Assembly (NCBI GenBank): GCA_017631315.1 | Contig: JAGBTN010000018.1 | Location: forward strand, 95,941 to 159,940 | Direction: 5' to 3' | DNA from: Bacteroidaceae bacterium | GTDB lineage: Bacteria > Bacteroidota > Bacteroidia > Bacteroidales > Bacteroidaceae | DNA length: 64,000 bases | In this document: one piece after another, positions 53,647 through 63,872 of the stretch | Layout: every line of letters begins with the position of its first letter | Numbering within the stretch: the stretch's first letter is position 1 | Notes under the pieces: generated by a model | The model's input: only the letters and a program-made list of their open reading frames with translations | Told to the model about the DNA's origin: nothing | Database searches by the model: none | Translations under genes and position numbers: made by a program

Positions 53647-56322
53647 TTAGTAGATTTTCTTTTGTCCGTTAACGATATTAATGCCTCTTTGTGCTTTCGA
53701 AAGGCGTTGGCCAGCGAGGTTGAAAATGATTTTTTCTACGGCATTATCTCTTGTTGAGGTAATGCCGTTTGCTATATCCTCTTCTGTAATTGTGAACTGA
53801 GGCCCCGAAGCAAAGGCGGAACCTGTGTAGGTTGCATCGATTGTCTGTACTCCCCATGTGTAGGTTCCAGGTTTAGATGGTCGGTATCTCCATTCTGTTC
53901 TTGGTCCGATGCGGCCAGGGCGGTTTACTTTTCTAATGCCGTCTTTTGTGTCGCCTATGAAAGAGGGTGTACTGCAAAGCAAATTGCCTGTTTCGTCTTT
54001 AATATAGACTTCGTAGGTAAATCCCTGTTTGGCAGAAGCGGGCATTTCCCAACTGAGTGTAACGATGCCATCCTGTTGGCTAACAGAAGGGTTGAGTGGA
54101 GCTTCTGGCCGTGAGATTGGGGGGAGGAGATTATAACATAAGATGGCATTGTCTCCGTATTGTTCTGCACTGAGATAGTTCTTATCTTTTGTCTCGCCGA
54201 TGAGCAGGAAGTCTTTGCGTCCGTCGCCGTTGTAGTCGGGGAATATGATGCTGGCTCCTAATGCTCCGGGAATGGTTATACTGCGTTTAAGGCGTCCGTT
54301 TCCGTCGTTGAGGTAAAGCATGCCGCAGAAGACGTTAGATTTTGTACCTCCGAGCATTACGTCGTAGTATCCGTCTCCGTTCCAGTCAATGATGCCTGCA
54401 GAGTTGTTGGCAGAGGAGGACAGTGCGTAGATGTCTGTCTGCAGTTCGCTGCTGATGGCGCTGAAGCTGGGGATTTCTGTTTTTTTGTTAGCATAAATGC
54501 GTTGGCGAGCAGTGGCTTCTCCGGATGAGGCTTCTCCTTGCCCTGCAAGTAGGATGTCGAGCCAACCGTCGTTGTTGAAGTCTGCGACCTGTAATGTTCC
54601 GTTGGATTTGCGTTTGATGTCGGCTCCTTTTTCGCCAAGGCCAAGGCGGATGAAGTGACCGCATTGGTCGGGGTTGTTCATGAAGACATCGGTGAAGCGT
54701 ACTTGGTCTTCTTTGCCATCTACAACGGCAGAGATGACGAAGTCTTGCAGGCCGTCGTTGTTGAGATCTGCGGGTTGTATGATTGCTTCGCGGAGCAGGT
54801 ATTCTGTGTCGTATGGTTCAATGTTAAAGGAGAGTGAGATTGCATTGTCCGATTGGTTGTGCAGGATTATGTTGTAGTTTTCTTCTCCCTGGTGTCCAGC
54901 AAGGATGATGTCGAGCCTGCCGTCATTATCAACATCTATGATTTCTGCATTGCATGCTGCTTTGATATTGAAGTTGCTGGCGTGTGTTCCATTGGAATTG
55001 AGTATGGAGAACTCTGCGGCGGTGAATGTTCCGTTGCCGTTGCCTAAGAAGATTCCTTCGGTGATGTCATCGGTTTCGATGTTCGACTGGTCGAAGGCAA
55101 TGATGTCCATCCATCCGTCGTTATTTATGTCGCATGGGACGAGAGAGGGTGATTCTGTCAATTCGTAGAAGGCAGGTGTCTTCGAGGTCTTTGTCCATTT
55201 GTGTGTGGTTGGACTGAAGAGGGCAAGATATGAGATGTTCTTTTGTGTTGTTTCGTTTGTGGCGGAGTTCTGAACGCTGGTTGACCCACCGGCCACGATG
55301 TCTTGGTAACCATCATTGTTCAGATCTGCGGTGACCGCTCCGCCATTCTTAAAACCCCAGGATTTCGTGATGAGTTCCGGGTTGTACGGAGCAGTTGTGG
55401 AGAGCGTAGGGCGTATGACGGGGTCGTTCAGCATTACGAGGTTGTTGCTCCGGAATTGCATGGTTCCGATATACATGAGTCTTGAGTGAATGCTTTCGGT
55501 GCTGTTGTGTGTGTGGAAGACTATGCGTAGGGCTCCTTCTTTGTCGTAGAAGAGCGAATGGTGTCCTGTGCCTACGAGGTCGTCCCAGCGTCGAAGGATG
55601 GGGTTGTTGGTGTATTTTGTCCAGGTTCCGGTGGCGATGTTGGTGGTATAGGCATAGCCAACGGCATAGTCTTGGCTTTCGTAGTGATTGCCAGAGTATG
55701 TGAGGTAGTAGCGTCGTCCTTGTTTTATGATGTTCGGACCTTCGTTGATGCGCCCCATTTTCAGCTCCCAACTCTGTGATGCAGCGAAGCATTTGCGCAG
55801 TGTGCCTTCTACTGGTGTGATGAAGTCGTCGCTGAGTTTAGCCTGCCAGATGCAGTTGCCGTCGGTGAAGCGGACGAAGAAGATGTAGGCTGTGCTGTCT
55901 TCGTCGATGAAGACATGTGAGTCGATACACTTCTCGCTGCCAATGAGTTTTTCCATTTGGTAGGAGCCTACTTGTTTGAATGGTCCTTTGGGTGATGTTG
56001 CGGTGGCAGCGTAGAGGTGCTCGTTGGCCGAGTAGTACATGATGTACTTGTTGCCGATGCGATAGACTTCGGGAGCCCAGAACCATTGTGTTTCTGTGGT
56101 ATTGGTTTTGTTGAGGGCAAGCCCTTCGTATTTCCACACGCGCAAGTCGTCGCTCGTATAACAGCGAATGCCGTTTGCGTCGTTAGTGCCGTAGGCGTAA
56201 TAGGTGTCGCCGTCGAGCAGGATATAGGGGTCTGCCAGTGGAATTTGACTCTTGCCGCCTTCTGCAAAAATGTAGAGGGGGACGAGGAGTAGCAGTGAGA
56301 GGAGTAATTTCTTGCTGTTCAT
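53647..56322 (-). CDS. GH43 domain + seven FG-GAP/VCBS repeats + T9SS C-terminal sorting domain
   Basis: 891 aa. The GH43 N-terminus has LADPYILLDGDTYYAYGT and WAPEVYRIGNKYIMYYS. Seven D.N.DG..D repeats are present (DLNNDGYQD, DINNDGWMD, DVDNDGRLD, DLNNDGLQD, DFNNDGWLD, DWNGDGYYD, DYNGDGRKD). The C-terminus is IIFNLAGQRLSKAQRGINIVNGQKKIY. Confidence 0.8.
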   Translation of the reverse strand: MNSKKLLLSLLLLVPLYIFAEGGKSQIPLADPYILLDGDTYYAYGTNDANGIRCYTSDDLRVWKYEGLALNKTNTTETQWFWAPEVYRIGNKYIMYYSANEHLYAATATSPKGPFKQVGSYQMEKLIGSEKCIDSHVFIDEDSTAYIFFVRFTDGNCIWQAKLSDDFITPVEGTLRKCFAASQSWELKMGRINEGPNIIKQGRRYYLTYSGNHYESQDYAVGYAYTTNIATGTWTKYTNNPILRRWDDLVGTGHHSLFYDKEGALRIVFHTHNSTESIHSRLMYIGTMQFRSNNLVMLNDPVIRPTLSTTAPYNPELITKSWGFKNGGAVTADLNNDGYQDIVAGGSTSVQNSATNETTQKNISYLALFSPTTHKWTKTSKTPAFYELTESPSLVPCDINNDGWMDIIAFDQSNIETDDITEGIFLGNGNGTFTAAEFSILNSNGTHASNFNIKAACNAEIIDVDNDGRLDIILAGHQGEENYNIILHNQSDNAISLSFNIEPYDTEYLLREAIIQPADLNNDGLQDFVISAVVDGKEDQVRFTDVFMNNPDQCGHFIRLGLGEKGADIKRKSNGTLQVADFNNDGWLDILLAGQGEASSGEATARQRIYANKKTEIPSFSAISSELQTDIYALSSSANNSAGIIDWNGDGYYDVMLGGTKSNVFCGMLYLNDGNGRLKRSITIPGALGASIIFPDYNGDGRKDFLLIGETKDKNYLSAEQYGDNAILCYNLLPPISRPEAPLNPSVSQQDGIVTLSWEMPASAKQGFTYEVYIKDETGNLLCSTPSFIGDTKDGIRKVNRPGRIGPRTEWRYRPSKPGTYTWGVQTIDATYTGSAFASGPQFTITEEDIANGITSTRDNAVEKIIFNLAGQRLSKAQRGINIVNGQKKIY

Positions 56323-56369
56323 GTGTTTTTACTTTTAGTTGTGTGTTGTTGCATTTCGTTTGCCGTGTA

Positions 56370-56461
56370 AAAAAACATCTACTGTTAAATTGGTCAACAA
56401 GGTACGTTGAGTCGGCCGGAAAGGCACGCCTAATTGGCTAACTTGGCAGTAGATGTTTTTT
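56370..56461. repeat. 92-bp palindromic MITE-like element built of four 22-bp units (family locus h)
   Basis: The 15-bp terminal inverted repeats are AAAAAACATCTACTG (56370-56384) and CAGTAGATGTTTTTT (56447-56461). The interior shares CCTAATTGGC and TTAA words with loci f and g. Confidence 0.7.
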
Positions 56462-56516
56462 GATTATGCAGGGGAGGGTTGTCTCCCCGGCTTGCGGAGC
56501 GATAAATCCCTCTATG

Positions 56517-57908
56517 TTATTTCGCTTCCCAACCGGCAGCTTTCGCTATCTTTTTGCTGATTTCCGTGTTGTCGAATCTGCCGTGGAACAACTCTGCACC
56601 AGCACCGATGGCAAAGGCGGGGACGTATCCGTTGCTGTGGCCGCCACTTTGCCAGCCAATCAGAGCACACTCGGATATGATGTGTTTCACGGTGTTGCAC
56701 AAACGGTCGGCACCGCTTTTGCCTTCTTTGAATTCGTTCCAAGAGCGTTCCAGGCGTGCAGTCTGGTCGTCGCTCACCTTGATGCTTTCCCAGAAACCAA
56801 AGTTTTCAGTAAGGAACTTCTTCGCTTCTTCCCATGTGAACTTGTCGCCCTTCGCGTCCTTCATTGCTTTCAGTTCGCGTTCCAACTTGACCATGCTCAT
56901 GCGTTGGTGCGAGATGGCTTTGAGGTTCAACTCGTAGGGGCCACGGCCGAGGGCAAGGCCGCCCGTCTCGTGGTCGGCAGTAACGACAATGAGAGTCTCG
57001 TCGGGATGTTGCTGATAGAACTCGTAGGCAACCTTCACGGCATTGTCCAGGTCAATAACTTCTGAAACAAAAACGGGGTCGTTTGCATGGCAAGCCCAGT
57101 CAATCTTACCGCCTTCCACCATGAGGAAGAAACCGTCCTTGTCGTCTTGCTTCTTCATGAGGAAATTGATGGCAGCACGAGTGATGTCTTGCAGAGAGAG
57201 GTCGTCCTTAGAGCGGTCGAGAGCATAAGGAATAGAGCCACGGTCCACCTTGCTTGCCTCCTCTGTTTGGAAGAGAATCATCTTGTCCGCCTTCTTCGAC
57301 TTCTTTTGGTAGTCCTTGTAACCACGAGCAATAGTGAAACCGTTAGACTTTGCCTGTTCGTAAAGGTCGGAACCGCCATTGGGATTGTTTGGGCTGACAA
57401 AATCGGATGCGGCAAAGAAGTCAACATCGGTTTTCGTCAGTTGCTCGCCAATTTTGTAACTTTCGTTGCGACTGCCGACGTGTGCGTAGAACGATGCAGG
57501 AGTGGCATGGTCGATGCTGACACTCGTGGTGATGCCGACAGCAGCATCAGCCTCCTGTGCCCATTCCGCAATGCTTGTAATGGGTGTTGTCAGGTCCTTC
57601 AGCACACCCAGCGCACCATTCTTCGTCTTGTTACCAGTAGCAAGAGCCGTTCCTCCGGCAGCAGAGTCGGTTACACCATTTGTGGCACTCTGCGTATTGA
57701 CGAGCCCAACATTGGGGAAACTGGCAAAGCATAACTCCTTAATGCCAATTCTTCCTTCGAGCGCACCAAGATACGTCTCGGCAGCATTAACTTGATTCAC
57801 GCCCATGCCGTCGCCTATGAAATAAAAAACATATTTGGCTTTACCTTCGGCAAAGCCGACAAGAGCAATCAGCAGGATGCTCAAAGTGGAAAAAAATCTT
57901 TTTGTCAT
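56517..57908 (-). CDS. alkaline phosphatase (PhoA family)
   Basis: 463 aa with a signal peptide. YFIGDGMG, TDSAAGGTALATG and the C-terminal HSNGYVP are consistent with alkaline phosphatase. Confidence 0.85.
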   Translation of the reverse strand: MTKRFFSTLSILLIALVGFAEGKAKYVFYFIGDGMGVNQVNAAETYLGALEGRIGIKELCFASFPNVGLVNTQSATNGVTDSAAGGTALATGNKTKNGALGVLKDLTTPITSIAEWAQEADAAVGITTSVSIDHATPASFYAHVGSRNESYKIGEQLTKTDVDFFAASDFVSPNNPNGGSDLYEQAKSNGFTIARGYKDYQKKSKKADKMILFQTEEASKVDRGSIPYALDRSKDDLSLQDITRAAINFLMKKQDDKDGFFLMVEGGKIDWACHANDPVFVSEVIDLDNAVKVAYEFYQQHPDETLIVVTADHETGGLALGRGPYELNLKAISHQRMSMVKLERELKAMKDAKGDKFTWEEAKKFLTENFGFWESIKVSDDQTARLERSWNEFKEGKSGADRLCNTVKHIISECALIGWQSGGHSNGYVPAFAIGAGAELFHGRFDNTEISKKIAKAAGWEAK

Positions 57909-57947
57909 ATCTGTTTTGGTTTATGTTTAATGTAAAACTTCGTGCCA

Positions 57948-57955
57948 CAAAGTTA
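57948..57955 (-). promoter_or_regulatory. -7 promoter box (TAACTTTG on minus strand) for alkaline phosphatase
   Basis: Plus strand CAAAGTTA, 40 nt upstream of the start at 57908. Confidence 0.6.
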
Positions 57956-58050
57956 CAAAAAATAAGCACAAACTCCCGCTAAAAACAGAGCCTTTTCTCC
58001 GAAAAACATAAAACTTTAATGGAATTTTATGATAGAATATGAATATTTTG

Positions 58051-58058
58051 TACCTTTG
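58051..58058 (+). promoter_or_regulatory. -7 promoter box TACCTTTG
   Basis: Matches TAnnTTTG, 29 nt upstream of the ATG at 58087. Confidence 0.6.
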
Positions 58059-58086
58059 TAAGCAAAATCAAATACAATTTTAACCC

Positions 58087-60903
58087 ATGAAGAAACTTAT
58101 ATTTCTCCTGTTTTTGTCAGCGTTTACAAAGTCAATGGCCCATCCCGATAGTCTGACATTCGCAGTGCTGGGCAATTCCATTTCTACATATTACGATTAC
58201 ATCCCTTCGGGTTATTCTGTTTATTATAGTCAAGACCGTGAGAAAAGTTATGGAATTCAGGTGGGAGACACCTGGTGGATGCAACTGAGCCGCCTCTCTG
58301 GTCTCACTTTCCTTGCAAATGCTTCATGGAGTGGCAGTCGTGTTGCAGCCGATGCACTCAACAGCAATTCACCATTTCTCAGTAATCATCGCGTAAATGC
58401 CTTGGGCAGGGCAGGTGATCCCGACTTCATCTTCATTGCGGGAGGAACTAATGACTGGTATGCTGCGCAAGTGCCTTTAGGCTCATACAGAACGGAAAAC
58501 TTTACGGATTCCCTTTCTTTTCGAGGTGCTTACCAGCGGCTTTTGTACAAACTTACCACCTGGTATCCTCAATCTCGTATTGTATGTCTTAGCATTTTCC
58601 CCAGAGGAAATGGCGTAAACGACAAGAATTCCCAGGGATGGTCGCAGGCTGATGCCAATGCCAGCATCAGATACATTGCCAAACAGTTCGGACAATATTA
58701 CGTCGATTGCACAACAGTTCCGTGGAGCAATAACTGGAGTGCTACGACTCTCGACAAACTTCATCCCACAACATTTGGTAGCACTCAACTTGCCGACCAC
58801 ATCTATGATGCGTTGATATCACAACGAATCATCACGCGTGGCTTGAAGCGTTCTGACGAAGTCGATGAGGCTGAGCGGCTGCTCGATTTGAGTTTTACGG
58901 AAGAAGGTATTGTAAACAATGGTACATACGATGCCAAGGTTGGCAAACGCGGCACAGCAACTACGCTTTATGATGCAGCCAACAATGTTTATCTTGGTTG
59001 TACAAAGGCAAAATCATCAGACTTTTTCTATGCAACATATGACGAAGAAACGTCACTTGCCAACGCTTTCAACAGTAATGTGACATGGGAGATGCTTGTG
59101 CGCCTCGATGCTATGGCAGACGCATCCGGCAACATTGGCAGAACTTGCATTCTCGGAAACGAAGAGGGGAACGGCGGTTGGGCTTTCTATAACTCTGCCC
59201 TTGCAAGCACTTTCTCCTACTGTCATGAGAGTGGGGTAAAGAGTACGATGAAGAGTATTACGGGCGACTCCATCCTTGTGGCCGGCAAGTTTTACCATCT
59301 TGTTGTGACGATGGACAGAATGAGCCATATTATGCGGTATTATTTGAATGGCAAACTTGTTTGTACAGGCACACGTGCCGGAACGGATATGCCGTTCCCT
59401 TTATGTGGAACGATAAAGGGGCGCAGGGATATGTGGATTTGTTTGGGTGGAGATGCCACTTCGGGTTCTGTTGGCGGTAGTGCGGAGAATTCGTCTGCCT
59501 GTAGTTTTGTGTTTGCAAGAATATATGATGGTGCGCTCTCGCAACGAGCCGCTCTTAAACTTTACAACGCAGAGGTGAAGGCTTTTACCGAGCCGCAATC
59601 GGTATGTGGCAAAGAGCTTTTCCTGGATTGCGAGTTTACATCTGACGGGGCCATCAATCGTGCATCGGGATTTCAGCACAGGCCTGTTCAGATGGTGGGT
59701 GAGGTGCCGATGAATTATAATGCTGATTATAACCTCTACGAGGCACAGTTCAATAAGGTCAGGACGCACCTGTTCAAATACAACATTGGTGATTCGCCGT
59801 TGATTATGAGTCAACTTTCCGATGCCTATAGTGTGGAAGTCTTTTGTAGAAGCAGCAGTGCCAAGCCTACTGCCAGTATTCGGCCGCTTTCTTTTCCTAA
59901 CGGTTACGGAACAGGACTGCAAATGAGTGCCAAGGGCAACATCGGCTATACGACTACTACACAGGGCAACAAGGCCGACGGCACTTTTACTAAAACCCAG
60001 TGGTCGTGGTTGGAAGATGGTTGTTTGACAACGGACTACACGCATTACGTCATTGTTTTCGACCGCATGAATTATACGTCGCAACTTTATGTCAACGGAG
60101 AACTTGCCAATACGCGTTGGCTTACTTTCAAGGAGTGCCCTGTTTATGAATGGGCTCCTTCTTCGTGGTTTGCTATAGGAGGTGATGCAAAAGGCAATTA
60201 TGAGACTGCCATGCAGACTGGCTCCTATCCTTATATGGGCGATGTGGCAATGGTACGTCTGTATGGCAGGGCGCTCAATGCAACTCAGGTGGGCGAACTT
60301 GTGGGTATCATCGGCAAGCAGGAGATGAGTTATACGCTTGGCTCCAATGGTTATGCTGCCGTTTGTCTGCCTTATGTGTGGCAGGTGCCAGAGGGCTACT
60401 CTGCTTACATTGTTTCGGAAACCACTTCGCAGTCTGTCGTGCTGAATGCGATTGCGAGGGCGGGCGACTATGTGCCTTACGGGACACCGGTTTTTGTAAA
60501 GGGTGCTCCAAAGTCAACCATTACGCTCAAGGCCTTGAAGAAGAATGAGGTAAAGGCTGAGTATCTGACTGCACAATGGCCGCAGAATCTGCTTTCGGGC
60601 GTATATCCCGGGAAGACTTTGACTGCGGGCGAGGGTTTTTATTTCAGGAGTACAGGCGCTCATCTCTACCGTGTGACAGGAAATGTGGAATTGCCTCCGT
60701 TCAGTTGTTACCTTCCTTCTGCCGAACGTCGGGCGTATTTCACTATTGAGGAGGCAGAAGATGCTGATGGCATCGCTTCTCCCCAATCGACTTGCGAGCG
60801 AGAAATCTCCGATGCCATCTATGGCCTTGATGGTCGTAAGGTTGAAAAAACTGACGTGAAACACGGCGTTTATATCCACAGGGGGAAGAAGATATTAAGA
60901 TAG
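58087..60903 (+). CDS. SGNH/GDSL-like hydrolase + two LamG (concanavalin A-like) domains + probable T9SS C-terminal domain
   Basis: 938 aa. It has a signal peptide and FAVLGNSIS (GDS(L)-type block I), with DKLHPT near the end of the SGNH domain. Two LamG-like segments follow (FYHLVVTMDR...YLNGKLV and YTHYVIVFDR...YVNGELA). The C-terminus is AIYGLDGRKVEKTDVKHGVYIHRGKKILR. Confidence 0.7.
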   Translation: MKKLIFLLFLSAFTKSMAHPDSLTFAVLGNSISTYYDYIPSGYSVYYSQDREKSYGIQVGDTWWMQLSRLSGLTFLANASWSGSRVAADALNSNSPFLSNHRVNALGRAGDPDFIFIAGGTNDWYAAQVPLGSYRTENFTDSLSFRGAYQRLLYKLTTWYPQSRIVCLSIFPRGNGVNDKNSQGWSQADANASIRYIAKQFGQYYVDCTTVPWSNNWSATTLDKLHPTTFGSTQLADHIYDALISQRIITRGLKRSDEVDEAERLLDLSFTEEGIVNNGTYDAKVGKRGTATTLYDAANNVYLGCTKAKSSDFFYATYDEETSLANAFNSNVTWEMLVRLDAMADASGNIGRTCILGNEEGNGGWAFYNSALASTFSYCHESGVKSTMKSITGDSILVAGKFYHLVVTMDRMSHIMRYYLNGKLVCTGTRAGTDMPFPLCGTIKGRRDMWICLGGDATSGSVGGSAENSSACSFVFARIYDGALSQRAALKLYNAEVKAFTEPQSVCGKELFLDCEFTSDGAINRASGFQHRPVQMVGEVPMNYNADYNLYEAQFNKVRTHLFKYNIGDSPLIMSQLSDAYSVEVFCRSSSAKPTASIRPLSFPNGYGTGLQMSAKGNIGYTTTTQGNKADGTFTKTQWSWLEDGCLTTDYTHYVIVFDRMNYTSQLYVNGELANTRWLTFKECPVYEWAPSSWFAIGGDAKGNYETAMQTGSYPYMGDVAMVRLYGRALNATQVGELVGIIGKQEMSYTLGSNGYAAVCLPYVWQVPEGYSAYIVSETTSQSVVLNAIARAGDYVPYGTPVFVKGAPKSTITLKALKKNEVKAEYLTAQWPQNLLSGVYPGKTLTAGEGFYFRSTGAHLYRVTGNVELPPFSCYLPSAERRAYFTIEEAEDADGIASPQSTCEREISDAIYGLDGRKVEKTDVKHGVYIHRGKKILR

Positions 60904-60994
60904 TTTGAAGAGAAAAAATCTGACAAGATATTGGGAAGTCTTGCCGTACGGAACACCGATGTCGGCAACTTGCTGCAGGTAGTTCCCCAACATC

Positions 60995-61058
60995 CCACGT
61001 TAAGTCGGCCAACTAAACGTGTATAGTTGCTCGACTAAACACGTGAAGTTTGCCTGTT
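60995..61058. repeat. 22-bp phased repeat with ACGT(T/G)(A/T)AAGT cores (family locus i)
   Basis: ACGT occurs at 60997, 61017 and 61041, so the first and third copies are 44 bp (2 x 22) apart. It ends with ACACGTGAAGTTTGCC, like loci a and e. Confidence 0.55.
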
Positions 61059-61368
61059 GACTATGCCCTTTTTGATGCAAAAACGGGGTAAAATTTGCTA
61101 CAAACCATGCCTTTTTGCCCGATTTATGCTGTGAAGGCAGTTTGTGAGATGTTATAAGTATCTAAAAACAAAGCAGTTCCTGATTTTTGTAAAAATAGCC
61201 TGATTAGTCGCCTTGCGTGCGATTTCTTCAAAATTTCTTGTATTAGTCGGGCAAAAACGAGAAAAACCATTACAATATCACCGCTCAAAACCATGCTGCA
61301 AGCTATGTTAAATCGTTAAAGGTTGTTAAACATTAGTACCTTGCGATACAAGGTATTCAAAAAACAGG

Positions 61369-61376
61369 TAACTTTG
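61369..61376 (+). promoter_or_regulatory. -7 promoter box TAACTTTG for padR-pspC
   Basis: Matches TAnnTTTG, 29 nt upstream of the ATG at 61405. Confidence 0.6.
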
Positions 61377-61404
61377 CATCGGTGAAAATCATTTTAGGTA
61401 CACG

Positions 61405-61728
61405 ATGAATACAGACAATACAAAATCGCAGATGCGCAAGGGGATGCTCGAATACTGCATTATGCTACTTTTGCGCCATCAGGCTTGTTATACCAACGAC
61501 ATCATCCAGCGTTTGCGCGAAGCCGAGATGATTGTGATGGAAGGCACGCTCTATCCATTGCTTTCACGCCTCAAACGCGACGGACTGCTCGCATACGAGT
61601 GGCGCGAAAGCACACAGGGGCCACCACGCAAATACTATCTCCTTACCGACGAAGGGCAGCAAGCTCTTGCCCAACTCAATGCCAGTTGGGAGGAAATACA
61701 GCGAACAGTCAATCTGCTGAAACAGTAA
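61405..61728 (+). CDS. PadR family transcriptional regulator
   Basis: 107 aa. GMLEYCIMLLL...YTNDIIQRL...EGTLYPLLSRLKRDGLLAYEWRES..GPPRKYYLLTDEG is the canonical PadR wHTH. Confidence 0.9.
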   Translation: MNTDNTKSQMRKGMLEYCIMLLLRHQACYTNDIIQRLREAEMIVMEGTLYPLLSRLKRDGLLAYEWRESTQGPPRKYYLLTDEGQQALAQLNASWEEIQRTVNLLKQ

Positions 61729-61755
61729 TTACATAACCATAACAAACATATCACA

Positions 61756-62547
61756 ATGAAAAAGAACATCAGCATCAATCTTTTCGGCGTTCTATACAAT
61801 ATAGACGAAGATGCATATAACCTTCTCGACAGTTACCTGCAGAGCATGCAGCGCTATTTCAGTCGCCAGGAAGGCGGAGCAGAAATAGCCGACGACATAG
61901 AGCATCGTGTGGCAGAACTTCTGTGGAAACGTCGAGAAGCAGGCATGACAGCCGTCGACATAGAAGTCGTAAAAGACATAATTAAAACTATAGGTAACCC
62001 CGAAGAAATAGCCGACGACGGCACGTCGGCTGCCAAGGACCCCCAAAATTTCAAGGAAAGTTTCGGACAATTCTGCGATGATGCCGGCAGGTTTGCACAC
62101 GACACATACCACCGAGGCAAAAGTTACATGGCCAAACGCCGCTTCTATCGCTGTGCCGACGACAAGGTGCTAGGCGGCGTCTGCTCGGGACTCGCCACTT
62201 ATTTCAATGCCGGAGAGCCTGTCATATGGCGACTTGGCGCTATTGCTCTCACACTGCTCGTGCCCGTCTTCCTGATCCCTATTGTCTATATCGCAATGTG
62301 GCTCATTACACCCGCAGCAGTAACTTCGGAAGAACGCTTGCGTCAGCAAGGAAAAGACGTCAACCCCGACAATCTGGCTCAGCAAGTTGTCGACGACTCA
62401 CAGCCCATCATCGTGGAGAAAGAAAACAATGGCTGCCTGAAAGGAATACTTGTTGTTATTGTAATATGCATCCTGGTTCCCGTCATCGTTGCCTTAAGCA
62501 TCTGGGGGAAATTTGCATGGCACATGTTCGATATCCTGTTGCCATAA
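61756..62547 (+). CDS. PspC domain-containing membrane protein
   Basis: 263 aa. RFYRCADDKVLGGVCSGLATYFNAGEPVIWRLGAIALTLL is the PspC domain. It follows padR, a common pairing. Confidence 0.8.
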   Translation: MKKNISINLFGVLYNIDEDAYNLLDSYLQSMQRYFSRQEGGAEIADDIEHRVAELLWKRREAGMTAVDIEVVKDIIKTIGNPEEIADDGTSAAKDPQNFKESFGQFCDDAGRFAHDTYHRGKSYMAKRRFYRCADDKVLGGVCSGLATYFNAGEPVIWRLGAIALTLLVPVFLIPIVYIAMWLITPAAVTSEERLRQQGKDVNPDNLAQQVVDDSQPIIVEKENNGCLKGILVVIVICILVPVIVALSIWGKFAWHMFDILLP

Positions 62548-62645
62548 CAACAAATCGACTTCATCCCCAAACACATTGAGCAATGCAAATGCAACAATCA
62601 GCCAGTTTTTTTGCCACAAACATCGCAATATCAAAAAAATAATCG

Positions 62646-62653
62646 TACATTTG
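62646..62653 (+). promoter_or_regulatory. -7 promoter box TACATTTG for leuB
   Basis: Matches TAnnTTTG, 53 nt upstream of the ATG at 62706. Confidence 0.5.
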
Positions 62654-62705
62654 TCTCGCAAAAATAAAAGGTAAAACAATAAAAGACAAAATAATCGGTA
62701 ATAAG

Positions 62706-63785
62706 ATGAAACTCAAGATTGCAGTATTGGCGGGCGACGGTATCGGCCCGGAGATAATGGAACAAGGCGTAGCAGTGCTCAGCGCAGTGGCCGAGAAGTA
62801 CGGTCATGAAGTAAGTTACAAAGAGGCTCTTTGCGGTGCTCATGCCATCGACGAGGTGGGCGATCCCTTTCCAGAGGAAACATATCAGGCATGCAAAGAG
62901 GCAGATGCAGTACTCTTTGCCAGTGTAGGCGACCCAAAGTTCGACAATGACCCCACTGCCAAAGTCCGTCCTGAACAAGGCCTTCTGGCCATGCGCAAAA
63001 AGCTTGGTCTATATGCAAACATTCGCCCTGTCGAAACATTCGATTGCCTCGTACACAAATCTCCACTGAAAGACGAACTCGTTCGTGGTGCCGATTTCGT
63101 ATGCATCCGCGAGTTGACCGGTGGTATGTACTTTGGCGAGAAGCAAGAACCAACAGTCAACGCGGAAGGCATAGAAGATGCTCTCGATACAAACTACTAC
63201 AGCCGTCCCGAAGTGGAACGCATCCTTCGTGTAGGTTATCAGTATGCCCGTCAGCGCAGGAAGCACTTGACGGTAGTCGACAAAGCCAATGTTCTTGCCT
63301 CCAGCCGCCTATGGCGAAAGGTCGCACAAGAGATTATGGGCGAGTATCCCGATGTTGAAACCGACTTTATGTATGTGGACAATGCTGCAATGCGCATGAT
63401 TCAAGATCCACGTTTCTTCGATGTGATGGTTACAGAAAACACCTTCGGCGACATCCTTACCGACGAAGGTTCCTGCATCACCGGCTCTATGGGTTTGCTC
63501 CCAAGTGCTTCAACCGGAAGTTCTACTCCAGTTTTCGAACCAATTCATGGCAGTTGGCCTCAAGGTAAAGGCCTGAACATAGCAAATCCTTTGGCGCAGA
63601 TATTGTCTGTGGCAATGCTTTTCGAGTACTTTGGTTTAGAGAAGGAAGGCGCAATCATTCGCGAAGCAGTCAATGCATCACTTGACCAGAATGTTCGTAC
63701 TCCCGAGATACAAGTTGAAGGTGGCGAGAAGTATGGCACGAAAGAAGTAGGTGCTTGGATTGTAAACTATATTAAAAACAGTTAG
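62706..63785 (+). CDS. leuB: 3-isopropylmalate dehydrogenase
   Basis: 359 aa. [42 protein letters not shown] and [10 protein letters not shown] are canonical LeuB. Confidence 0.9.
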   Translation: MKLKIAVLAGDGIGPEIMEQGVAVLSAVAEKYGHEVSYKEALCGAHAIDEVGDPFPEETYQACKEADAVLFASVGDPKFDNDPTAKVRPEQGLLAMRKKLGLYANIRPVETFDCLVHKSPLKDELVRGADFVCIRELTGGMYFGEKQEPTVNAEGIEDALDTNYYSRPEVERILRVGYQYARQRRKHLTVVDKANVLASSRLWRKVAQEIMGEYPDVETDFMYVDNAAMRMIQDPRFFDVMVTENTFGDILTDEGSCITGSMGLLPSASTGSSTPVFEPIHGSWPQGKGLNIANPLAQILSVAMLFEYFGLEKEGAIIREAVNASLDQNVRTPEIQVEGGEKYGTKEVGAWIVNYIKNS

Positions 63786-63821
63786 CAAAGGGCAAATAAC
63801 AGCATTTGCCTAACTCTTAAT

Positions 63822-63856
63822 GCGATGGGGAAAACAAATCTTGTCTTCCCCATCGC
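63822..63856 (+). terminator. hairpin after leuB
   Basis: GCGATGGGGAA (63822-63832) pairs perfectly with TTCCCCATCGC (63846-63856). No T-run follows. Confidence 0.45.
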
Positions 63857-63872
63857 TGGTAGCCGTTAAAAT

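Noticed and set aside
53647-60903. Polysaccharide utilisation locus (PUL) call for the GH92/GH43/phosphatase/SGNH cluster
   Set aside because: No SusC/SusD pair, hybrid two-component sensor or ECF/anti-sigma pair is present. The genes are on alternating strands with separate promoters, so this is a loose glycan-related neighbourhood rather than a PUL.
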